From: Tubulanus polymorphus | Lineage: Eukaryota > Animalia > Nemertea | DNA length: 64,000 nucleotides | Reading direction: 5' to 3' | Assembly (NCBI RefSeq): GCF_964204645.1 | Contig: NC_134031.1 | Location: forward strand, 7,440,001 to 7,504,000 | In this document: positions 28,701 to 40,700 of the stretch, one piece after another | How the letters are laid out: every line of letters starts with the position of its first letter | How positions within the stretch are numbered: the first letter of the stretch is position 1 | Notes under the pieces: generated by a model | The model's input: the letters and a program-made list of their open reading frames with translations, nothing else | The model's database searches: none | What the model was told of the DNA's origin: nothing | Made by a program: the position numbers and the translations under genes

Positions 28701-31700
28701 GGCCGATTATTCAAAATTCATTTATTCTGACGTATATCCAGTCAGCTAGTTATGTCCGTTTTTACAGGTACGCAAGTATCTCAGAAATAGCAATTTTGAT
28801 AAAATAATTGTGGTTTAATAGCTTAACCATAATAAAGATCGCAGAATGGTTTCATTTCTAATTTCCATATAAATTGGTACCTAAACGTATTTTGTATCCA
28901 CAAACAATTGAAAATATACATGTTTATATATATGCATATGTAACTTGATGAACTATAACTTAATGAATGATTTCAATCTTTTCATTCATTTTAGCATTTG
29001 TTGGATGGGAATGTAAAAATAAGTACCAGATAAAGAACGCAATGGGACAGCAGGTCTATTTCGCGGCGGAAGGTATTTTCAGACCAGTGGTTTTATAAAT
29101 TTTCATTTACGTTCAATAGTGAAAACAAAGATAATTTAAGCAAACCTAGTCCGTTCAATATCCATAAATCAGGAGGAACAAATGAATTTCTTATATTAGT
29201 ACGTATGCAGTTCTTTGATGGTTTTACACAGAGTGATAGTGTTTCATGTTGCATTTCTATTTCATCAGAATCCGATGCCTTTCAAAGACAATGTTGCGGT
29301 CCTCAGAGAGGCTTCACAATGCACATAACTGACAATATGAATCAGGTATGATATATAAAGCCTGTAGTTGCAGCTGCGTTCTTGTGTGGGCATTCAATTT
29401 ACGCTTTTAGTGTTCATTTATAGACGTGAGAAACAGGGAATAGCTGCTGTGCATTGAGAAAATCATTTTATTGCCCTGAATTTTCATGAAAGCGTTGAAG
29501 ATGATGAGGGACATTGAAAAATTAGGAAGTCGGGAAATTAAGACGGGTGGCTGCTTAATTAATTGACGGAAGAAGTTCTTTGAACTATGTGCACACGCCC
29601 TTGCTTAAAAAACTATGTTCTTTCAGAATGTGTTGGTGTCTGTTTCTACAGCGGAGTTGGAACTGCAGCGGCAAAAGCTGCGGCAATAATTTACTGAATG
29701 ACTTTTTTTTCTTTGAATTCCATGTTTTTGAAGGCATTGAAGTATATTCGCTGCAGCAATATCAGAACCGATCAAAAATCGGCAATTGGCCGCGGCAATC
29801 AAAATTGCTTCCAACATGCCTGTTCTATTTGTATCGATTCGGTCTTTGATTGCTTCGGAAATTACTACGATTCGCAATGAAAATGGCGATGAAAGTGGGT
29901 TCAAAGTGGCTGTGAATTCGGATCAGCAACCCTGTAATGAACAATGACTTGATACAGCACGATTTAGCCAGAAGAAACAAATCCACAATTGAATATTTCA
30001 ATGGTGTCGCCAAATTCTATTGTATCAATGACCAGCACGTGTGACAATCCACGCACTTTCGCCAAATGGAGTCACTAAATTGTCTCTGTGGATGATTTAG
30101 CACTTTTCTAAGTCAAATTACGAAATCATTTAGACTTAAATTAGGGTAAACAACCATTGAGCCACTGCACAAATGTGTGCCTGGCTGGTAGGAAGAAGCA
30201 CAAATTCATCAAATATCAAACTAGTTTCTTTCATTTATTTTCAGGAAGTGATACGAATAGAAAGGCCATTTAAATGCTGCGCTGGTGTAAACTGTTGTGC
30301 AGGTGCTGAATGTTGTGCAATGGAAATCACTATTGAGTCGCCACCCGGCACTGTTGTTGGATTTGTTCAACAGGAGTAAGTTTTCAGCGATTCTATAAAC
30401 GAAATGAAAGAAAAGCGTTAAGCCTCATAAAAACCCAGTTTTGCTGCAAATTACGGCTCAATGTAAAACACTTCAGGTGACTTTGTGATCTATGTGCTGG
30501 AATGCCTATTATGGCAGCATCAATACTTACAAAAGGGTATCATAGATCATGTGGGTCAGATCATGAGTTCTATTGTTAGATCCAGTTCTCAAGCAACTGC
30601 ATTTCGCTGTTTAATAACAACTCATCAGTGATGCTGGTATCAATCTGTAGTCGTATCAAAAATGATTTCTGCAATTAGATATTAGTATATAAGTACATGT
30701 ATATGAGTTAAGACATTTTCCAGGCTCTTAAGATTCGTAGGTCTTCAGTTAGTAGATAGGCTATTGAACTAAGATGTCTTAGAACGGTCTTGAATCTAAG
30801 CCATGACTGTGCACCTGGACCTACAGCTGTAGGGTGAACTCTTGAGTTAAAATTTGTTCATTTTCAATTAGTTAACTCTGAGTAAAATCTTAACATTGAA
30901 CTGTGGAACTGGGCCCTGGCTATTGATTGAAATTTAAGCTGAAATCTTCAAAACTTAGGAGCTAATTAGAACCCCTCAGTACATCCTCTTAGATCTGCCT
31001 TCGAATGCAAACATTAGCCGAAATATGATGTATCTGTTTTGTATATTCATTAGATGTAGTTGTCTAGAACCTCGCTATAGCGTCATGAATGCCAGTCATG
31101 ATCGGGTGCTCGAGATCGTCGGGCCCGTCTGTGTGTGCCAGGGACCATGCTGTGGTGACGTTGAATTCGCAGTAAGTTTTTCTCCGCTTCTGATAATGAC
31201 GTATGTCAGCTTAAGTGAACAACCAGACCCTTACATTTTTACGAAAAAAAACATGTCCAGCTAACAACATCAATCAAATCAATCAGGTTTATGAGAAATC
31301 CCGATTTCATATCACGTTGACATTAGTTGTCATAGGGGGCCATGATAAAGGGTACGTAAAAGACGTCTTGACGAAATTTCAAAATTCCGACCCACAGAAT
31401 GTCCAAATAGTACTAAGCCCCCTCTATTTCTCCTCTTATTCGAAGTAGAAGAAATTGGCCATGTGACACTAAATGATTTGTTCTAGCTTACAGAAATTAA
31501 GCATGAAGATGAAGGATGTCCACATCCAAACAACCCCCTCCCCTTATCCACAAGTTTGAACTCACTGACTAAACCAAAATCTCAGGGAGATTTTTTCAAC
31601 ATTATTTTGCATTTGAATTTGACAAACTTAATCGGTTTTCAGCATCAATAATTGCTGGTGTCGCCATGTTCAGGGGCGGATTTAGGTTGTGCTTTCAGGG

Positions 31701-34700
31701 GTCTGGACCCCTGCTTTGCCACTGAGGTTGGCCTTTTCCTCAAGATAAAGATATATAACTAAAACCTGCAAATTTGATATCCATCCCCTTGGAATTTGCA
31801 TCTTTTAGGATGCATCCTTTCAAAAGTATCTTAAGACCAAGAGTGGAATCCCATTAGTGGCTTTTAAGATGGCGGCTCTATATGAGGAATGCCTTTTCTT
31901 TTGCATCCCAGCCTTCAAAATTTCGTTGATCAACCCCTGATACTGTACCAATTGCTGAAAAAAGCGTTTCATGCCAATGGAAAACTTGTGGGTCAGGAGA
32001 GGTATAAGAAACTACATGTATATATTTCTAATATCCTGTAAACATTTATTGTTTTTTTGTGCTGATATATCAGCAAGTTGTATTAAAATTTAAGAGGTGA
32101 GATACTTAATTCATGAAAGTGGTTTCTTTAAACTATGTAGTAATTTGTAACAGAGTTTTCACTTTTCCAGGTTAATTCAAGTGATGGCTCAACTCAAGTT
32201 GGTAAAATCTCTAAGCAATGGACAGGATTGGTTAAAGAATACTTTACCGATGCTGATAACTTTGGTGTGCAATGTAAGTGTGGAGTGGTAACTTTGATAT
32301 CATTATCGATTCTATCCCTGTGGCAAACAAGGATAGTGATTGAGAGTAGTGGCTGAAGTGATATCAGCCTTTGGTTACTGGCTTCATTGAGGTCACTGGC
32401 CTTCAGTTGGAAGTTGATTGAAATTTTATTTAAAAAAACAAACTGTTATACACCCCATCGGGACTGTCCCTTGTTTTGCCTACTTTTTTGGTCCAAGTTT
32501 TTACAGAATATTCCATGAGCGCTCAAAATATTTTGTTCACGAGTGTTTTATCTATTGTGAAAGTCTTCCCTAGAATTTAAAGTGTATATTTTGTTGTACA
32601 TTTTAGTCCCAATGGATCTGGACGTTAAAATGAAAGCGGTGATGTTGGGCGCTGTGTTTCTGATTGTAAGTATCGCTGTACTTCCTTGTAATTTGGTATG
32701 GAAAATTTGAGAATGATATTTTTTCTTGCGAAATGTAGTAGACCTCCTACAAGGCTTCATCATTGATAGCTATCAAATAATTCTTAAGTGTGGAAACTTT
32801 TGCAGGATTTTATGTTTTTTGAACAACAAGGACAAAATTCCCATTCCCATGCGGCTACAGGCTTACTTGCCCATTCTCTATGGAATGCTTGATAATTCAT
32901 ATTCAGAATTGGTAACAAGATGATATTCCGGAATTTACAGTTCATAACGTTTTCAGTTATCTAAGGGATAATTCATTCATTACATACCTTGATATCTTAG
33001 GAGTTCTTTGTTCCCCTCCTGTGGGCAGTTTAGTTCTATTGGTACTTCCCGACACACATATGTACCGTAGGTACATCCAATTTCTGTTTTTAATCGCTGA
33101 CTTTTTCTTGTGAAAACCAGTCGTAAGAACCTGAATATTGCTGCTCCCTAGAGGATAGGAATCATTCATTTATTACGTACGCATAAAATTTGAATTTTTC
33201 AACCCCCTTCCCCTCATGTATGCAAAAGCGGCCATTTTTTCGTATACATTAAGCATTACAATACGCAATTGCACTTACCCCTCCTCCCTCCCCTAATGCG
33301 TACGTAATAAATGAATGACCCCCATATCGAAACAAATTTCTTAGATTTCATGTAAACACTTGCATACATGCAATTTCCTCCCTATTATACTATGTTACAA
33401 ATGAATGATCCCTTATTTTTTTTTCGCTTTTAAGTTTTCATTGGAACGGTTTTGACACACTTGAATGATTACCTTTGATTTATTGTGTTTAGAATTCTTT
33501 GAAAATTTATTCATTAGCCCACTTGGGAATTTAGTCCAATCGGGCTACTGTGTTCACTTTTCCTCTTGGGAAGGTTTGAAGACACTTCAATGGATTATCT
33601 TGATATTTTGTTTATACATGTATGTGTATCTTAACATCGGCTGCCCGCTTGTTATGTATAAATGTGTTAATCTTTTTTCTTTAGGATTTCATGTTTTTTG
33701 AAGATAATCAGCAAAACAATCATTATTAGTAAGAAATTCAGTTCATAAATTGTACGATAACAGATTTAACAACTATGGTTAACAAAGCAATAACCGTATA
33801 CACACATATACAATTACCCTATATAATGAAGTTACTAACAAGATTTACCTGGTGCACACAGTTATCGCCGAAAGACAACCACCGTAATTGATAACCTTAT
33901 CAAGTTCATTTGTAACAAGGCTATGTATACAGCCTGCCAGCTTAGGTGGCTATGTTCGTTGAACGTTACTCTTCGATTGAAAGTAATCTACAAGCGTCTA
34001 AGTTAACTAGTCCATTGTTGACACACCTGGGGTCAGTTATTCTAAAGTCGGTTGGAGTTAACCAATGGATAGTTGAGAGCAAACAAACAATCAAAGCTAC
34101 ATTGTTATCATGGTATTTACCTGATGGTTACTGAACCAACTTTTGAGCAACTGGCCCCTGGGACCTTATTCACTAACGTCACACAAGTTTGCGTGGATGA
34201 TTTGTGTTGGGAGACCATTTGCGATGAAAATCAGTCTGCGTTGCGTGGTATTCACTAAAGTCCTTGTAAAAGTGATTCGCAATTTTTCACGCAGTGGGAA
34301 CCAGTCTAACCAATGTAGATCGTGAAACATCACTGCAAATTGATATTTGCAGTGATATTTTCATCTTTTTACCGAAACGATAGCTGGATTCTTGTGGTGA
34401 CCTCATTGAAAATAATTTGTATTTGTTTTGATTTATCATCAAAGAAACAATTATCATATTTACATTAACATAACATTTCAAATATTCATTATCCATGATG
34501 GGGAATGGACGTACCTTTTTAGCCCACTTGGGACTTTAGTCCCAGCGGGCTATTGCGTTCACTTTTTGTCCGTCGTCCGTTCGTCCGTTCTTCCATCCGT
34601 AGAGGGAATCCAGTTATTTTGGGAAGTTTTGAAGACGCTTCAAGGTAATGTCTTGATATTTGAGTTACACATGTATCTACCCTAGACACATCTTCAGCCC

Positions 34701-36667
34701 AAAAACTGGCCCTATCAGAATCAAGATGGCCGACTGGCAGCCATTGTTGTTCGCCAAAATCAGCACTTTTTACACATTTTTGAACTTATTGAGGGAAATT
34801 TTGAAGACGCTTTGATCAATTTCCTTGATCTTTCCGATATATGTGAACCCCCCCAGGGCCCATCAGCATAACAAAAATTGGGTCGATCGGACTTAAGATG
34901 GCCGTCCTATGACCTTTTTAGTGCCCAAAAATGATAATTTTGGCCCGAATTCTGAGTCCTGTAGCTTCCTACTGGTTTACCATTTCTCATTGCAATTTTG
35001 ATGGGCATTCTTTGGAAAGGGATGTTTTATACCTGAGACTATTTTATACCTGAGAGTTATTTTTCATCAGCCAATTATGACGCAATTGGCGGCCATCTTG
35101 GTGTCACCAGTACTCATTCGTAAGTGGGAAAAAGTTTTTCCACATTATATTGATACCTAAGCGTATTTTGTTACCACAATCATTTAGAAAGTTGTAGCTC
35201 ATAACGTGTTCTATGATTGTAGTGAGTTTCAAGGTCATTGGATTTTGTATATGGCCACCAGGGGGTGTTGAATAATGCAATATCTTAGCATTTCTATATT
35301 ATATTCGTACCTATGCATATTTTGTAACCACAATCAATTGGAAAGTTGTAGCTCATGACATCATCTACTATTGTTGCGAGTTTTAAGGACATTGGTTATT
35401 CTATATGGTCACCAGGGGGCGTTGAATAGTAGAATAACTTAATATTTCCTTATTATATTGGTACCTAGGCATATTTTGTTACCATGATCAATTGCAAAGT
35501 TGTAGTTCATGACATGTTCTATGAATGTGATAAGTTTCGAGGTCATTGGGTTTTGAATATGGTCACCAGGGGGCGTTAAATAGTAGAATAACTTAGTTTT
35601 TCCATATTAAATTGGTAACGAGGCATATTTTGTTATCACAATCAATTACAAAATCGTAGCTGCTGACATGTTCTATGATTGTGGTGAGTTTCAAGGTTTC
35701 GCATTGGTTTTTGTATATGGTCACCAGGGGGCGTTGAATATTGAAATTGTTAGATTGTTGAGCATTTGGAACCACTTCCCAAGTGGGCATGGTGTCCCTG
35801 GACCCCTAGTTTAACTTATGATTGATTTTATGATTTTGATATCGACAATACTTTGATATTTAATTCCTTCTTAAAAGTCTTTTTTTCTTGATCAAATAAT
35901 TCTGTAAAAGTGATATAATGATGGAGCCCGCCCACCATAAGGCAAACACAATGGTCAATGCGTTGGGTCTTAACTAACAATGAATCCAAATTGGGCCCCA
36001 GAATATGTTAGTAGGGTACTGGTCTAAAAACTGTACCTTGAAATCAATTATTTACATAATTTTGCTTTAAAAAGCCACAAAAGTATTATTTGGGTGGAAA
36101 ATGAGAATTTAGGGGTGCCCCTTAGTTCATGCAGATTTGCGAGAAAGATTGATGAATTTGCGAGGAAAATATTTGCGTGAATTTTAGTGAATATGGAGAT
36201 TTTCACAAATTTGGAATTATGGGAGGATTTTCGACGAAGATTGCGTGCGTGCCAATAGTGAATAAGGTCCCTGGTAGTGAGAATTCACATTGGTATTTTT
36301 TGATACAATGGTAACGATAACTTTTATGTCACTGGCTCCTGTACTGTTAACCAACTGTTCTGTGTAGCAATGAAGATTGTAAGGTCCATGGTAACTACTT
36401 TTGCCGACTATGTTTTTTAAAGTGATTATGGTACTTTTCACCACGTGAATTTTTCATTAATCTGACCTTACAAACCTTAATCTGACCTTACAAAAGCTGC
36501 GGCAATAATTTACGTACTTAATGACATTTTTTTTCTTTGAATACCATGTTTTTGACGAAATCTAAGTAAACACACTTATGACGGAACCTTGCGATAAATG
36601 TTGTATTTTCTATTTTCAGGATTTTATGTTTTTTGAGCAAAATCAACAAAATCAGAATAATTATTAG
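22736..36667 (+). CDS. PLSCR: Phospholipid scramblase (PLSCR family)
   Basis: Exons 22736-22991 (Pro/Gly/Tyr-rich N-terminus), 23629-23748 ([24 protein letters not shown]; GC donor), 28995-29072 ([18 protein letters not shown]), 29269-29345, 30245-30375 (Cys-rich), 31054-31171, 32171-32273 ([18 protein letters not shown]), 32607-32665 ([19 protein letters not shown]). The last exon is one of 32806-32892, 33685-33729 or 36620-36667, all starting DFMFFE. Confidence 0.95.
25960..26475 (+). mobile_element. 5'-truncated non-LTR retrotransposon (RTE-X/L2-like 3' end)
   Basis: C-terminal [33 protein letters not shown] zinc knuckle, then a 3' UTR, AATAAA (26445) and an (AATTG)n tail. Confidence 0.75.
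26532..26841. mobile_element. MITE (Harbinger-like TIRs)
   Basis: TIRs AGCCGCGATCACA / TGTGATCGCGGCT. Internal subterminal GGCCAAATTTGGCC repeats. Confidence 0.7.
26855..27032 (-). mobile_element. tRNA-derived SINE
   Basis: Minus strand has A box TGGCGGAATGG and B box GTTCGAACCCC, followed by SINE core-like GTGCCCTTAGACAAGGCA. The cloverleaf stems are broken. Confidence 0.7.
34518..35811 (+). mobile_element. HINE/DINE-1-like element with 154-bp tandem array, copy 2 (5' fragment also at ~33516-33630)
   Basis: TT-TAGCCCACTTGGGA subTIR, inverted TCCCAGCGGGCTA, (GTCC/GTCG) microsatellite, four ~154-bp units (35257, 35411, 35565, 35723), 3' subTIR TCCCAAGTGGGC, hairpin GGTGTCCCTGGACCCC, CTAGTT end. 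Confidence 0.85.
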
Positions 36668-37475
36668 AAAGATGGCAGATGGGTAAAGAGGAGGAATACA
36701 TATAAAACGCCTGTCTCAACACTGTTTATACAGCACAAGATCATTCACTGACACTGACGCTATTTTCAGATTATTAGTTGCTTAAAGTTAGCTTGAAGTA
36801 GACTCTGCTTGCCTCGGATTGTGCGCAATGAGTAAAGTCTCTCTGAGTTAGTCAAGTTCTGTGGCATTTGCAGCAGTGATTGGCCATTTTCACATGAATT
36901 GGAGGAGGCAAGCTGAGTGTACTGTAGTCTACAAGACTACAGTACACTTTGGACTCCCTGGCAAGTGGAATGCACTGCAGTCTAGGCCAGTACTTGCATC
37001 ATTCAAATACTATCATCTGTTTTTGCCCAGATTACTATTTGTCAAATGGATCGTCAAAACAGTGAGATCCTATCTTGTACAAACTTGGGTTTTCATTATC
37101 ATTACTCAACAAAGGTACCCATAAATCAAGTACCAATCTACTAAGATTTAGTTCTTAGGTGATGGTTGAACCTGGGAGCAATCATTCTATCAGAGTGATC
37201 ACTCCAAGGATGGACCTAGACCGCAGGGTCCTACTTATAGGGTAAAATAGGCTATAGGACAATGACAAGTTGCAAAATGGATAAAATACACCAACCTGAT
37301 GCATGCATATTCCAGTAATTGTATTTGAGCATAGATACGCACTTCAAATGGGCACAGTCAAGGTCTGTTATACCACAACCCATAAGGTAAATCTCATGTG
37401 TGAAATTTGGTGCAGTATTTTCATTGAATTTGAGTCACATTCAGTCTAGAGAAATGTTGGGGGATAAGTGAGCGC

Positions 37476-37754
37476 TGGTTAAAGAATACTTTACCGATGC
37501 TGATAACTTTGGTGTGCAATGTAAGTGTGGAGTGGTAACTTTGATATCATTATCGATTCTATCCCTGTGGCAAACAAGGATAGTGATTGAGAGTAGTGGC
37601 TGAAGTGATATCAGCCTTTGGTTACTGGCTTCATTGAGGTCACTGGCCTTCAGTTGGAAGTTGATTGAAATTTTATTTAAAAAAACAAACTGTTATACAC
37701 CCCATCGGGACTGTCCCTTGTTTTGCCTACTTTTTTGGTCCAAGTTTTTACAGA
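37476..37754 (+). repeat. 279-bp copy of PLSCR exon/intron segment 32229-32507
   Basis: Identical by eye to 32229-32507. Flanked by 17-bp direct repeat GATAAGTGAGCGCTGGT (37463-37479 / 37753-37769). Confidence 0.92.
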
Positions 37755-40700
37755 TAAGTGAGCGCTGGTGTTTGATTACATTTGCTGCAGCAAAAGCTTT
37801 TCTGATTTTTAGGACTGTTTCAAAATTTTGTGGAATAGTCTACTTAACCCCTAAAGAAGGCTCCACACTTATTTGTACACATAGGAATATAAAGTAATAC
37901 GTCACTTCTTTTTCTAGTGTTCACTCTACAATAGATATATTTTTACATCATTGTACATGTCAAAACTTATGTTTTATGAAAATTTCACAGGGTAGTAATG
38001 ACCAAAACAGTAGATAATGAATGGCAGGTTATACAGTTGCGTCAGGAATCATTTTCTACATGACTGCCATTTTCTCTTATTTTGTGAATGGGATGAATGC
38101 TGATAATTTATGATGCTTTTCGTTCATATGAAAATGAAACGATAACGGCATATTCCACAGCGAACCAAGCTTTTGTGTGAAACAAATAGCGATAGTGAAA
38201 GATTGGCGATCTTGCACGTGAGGTCATAGTTAGTTTGCCAACCAGTGCTGGAGACTTGCCAATAGATATGGCATGATCGCGTCGAAAAAGCACATGGCTG
38301 CAAGAACTCTTAAGACTGATGAAAGATTTTGATTTGTTTTCTTCGACAGTCCTGACCTGCATATTGGGCTGTTGGGTCATTCAACCTGGTACTGGTTTAT
38401 CTGCTTCAAGACATACGAATGTATAACACGTATATGTATATATCCTTTATTTTTAAAGTTTAATGTAATTAAAATCATATGTATGATATAGTTTTTAACT
38501 TTAATTTGCAATTGGTGTTGACCCCATGGCGCCCGACTGAAATTGACTGCCTTACTTTACAGTGGAAGGCCAGTATAATGCCAGTGTTGTGACTAAGTAA
38601 ACATGGTTTTATTAGAAAAGTATTTTCATCGAATTTGACAGATTTTTCATACTTGTTCTAATAGGAAGTATAAGTAAGCAACTGAATCAGTGGCATCAAA
38701 GAAACATAGCGTTGATACTGATTTCAAAAGTAATTTTTTGGAAATCTTATTTTCCATGATGCTCTAAGCCGATTGCGCTTTAGGTCTTGTAATGTAAATG
38801 AATACAACATTTTATGAACAGTTTATAAATGTAGTTATATTCCGAGGTGATTGTGATCCTATTGCTAAGCTCTATCTTAAATAATTTGGTTGATCACTTT
38901 TTGAAATGTTCATTGTTTTTAGAAGTTACTTGAATTTCGTGAATTTATTTTCTTGAAAGATTATTCGTCCACAGTACTGACTGACTCCTCTACTCATTTC
39001 CATTATAATCAAATAAATCTTAGTACTTAATACAGTAAGTGAAACCTCGTTATAACGAACTTGGATACAACGATTCATCAGATATAACAAATAATGAATT
39101 TTTCCCGAAGTAAGAAAATTAAATTAATTTCATTACTGGATATAACAAACTATCGGTTATAACGTACATATTTCATGATCCTGAGTAACAAGGTTCCACT
39201 GTAGCTCTTTCAAAGCATTTTATCGCTCCCTGATCCAATGCATTGATATTTCGGTCCCAAGTTTAACAAGAAAAGAGGAAGTCTATACAGTACGGTATCA
39301 CAAATTACAGATATCATTTGTTATATTATATTATATTATATTATATATATATTATTTATATATTTTCTTTCTTTTTATTTCGTTAGATATTGTTCATTCA
39401 TTTATCATATAGAAGTAAATGCAACATTTGATTTATTTGGCTTAGGTAAAAATATCTTGAAGTGAATTGAGTTTTTTGAAACGAAAATACAGTATTAAAT
39501 GAATACCCGGTACCTGCAATACATATATATCATATTATGGTAAAGGGCTTATGCCATGATGAAGATTTTAGACGCGGAATTAAATATTTTTTTAGAGATT
39601 ATAAGAGCTTTTATACAAAACAAGAATGACTGAAATTATTGGTGAATTTGATTCGCTGCAAGTATGAATCAATTTCGAGGTAATCAGTTTGTTACAGTAA
39701 TGCTGGTCTCGAATGCCCCCTATGCACATGAAGTTACTGAGGGATTTGAAATTTCGAGAACATTTTAAATGTTTATGTAATCACTGTGCATAAAATGCTC
39801 ATTTTGCATATATGATTAATTGATTACACCAGAAGAAATTAAAGAAATCCCTCTACTTAATGTACACTATGTTTTCTAATCGGTATCAACAAGCATCATT
39901 TTGCATTTCTTTGAGCACTAAATGACACAAAATTCTGTATCCCATTACTAGGCCTGTATGATTTTAATATTCATGTATTCGTTGTTTTAAAATAAATCAA
40001 TGCAAATATTGGAAATCACGTTGTTTCTTTATAAATCGTAAAAGAACAGTGTGCGTGCAATGGATACACAATGGAACCTCGTTATACAGTGTACAACGTG
40101 CTTCATCCGACCAGAAAATCTATAAGTTATAACGAGGTTACCTGGTATTAACTTTCCATTTTGTGCTGAGGTACCTCCAGTAATCTAGAACTGACCTAGA
40201 ACACCTGCTACAATGAAATGGGATAATGTGACTCGACCCTAGCTGATTACTACCCTCTGTTCGTAGGCTGAGACATGTCTTGGTTTTGACCATGGACTCT
40301 TAAGACGTTTTAGAATCCATGTTTTTGGTTTACCTTTGTCAGCGATATGATGTTGGCATTGAGCCAATTCATGTAAAATCGCGGTACGTTTTTTTATGTG
40401 AGCATTTGTTTCATTGGTTCTCGGCTTAAACGACGTATAATCGATGCGATTGAAGACATGGCGAACCTCCGTCGATGACATGGTCAACTGAGTTAAAATT
40501 CTACGAAAAACTGTTTTTGGCGGGAAAATTCTTAGCTCTTACGTATAAAATTGCAATGACCTCGATTGGGAGGCGTTGTCTCTACGAGAAAATGTGATTG
40601 GCTGTTTTTGGGATTTACGGGGAATTCCGGCGCTACTAAAATAATTATGGGAAAGCCATGGAATGGCAAACGTTTCATTGGACTAGGTGCCGTATATGTG

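Noticed and set aside
35230-35745. Regularly spaced repeats suggestive of a CRISPR array (also 8085-8560 and 9195-9830)
   Set aside because: The whole 145-154-bp units are homologous, there are no unique spacers or cas genes, and the context is eukaryotic. These are HINE internal arrays.
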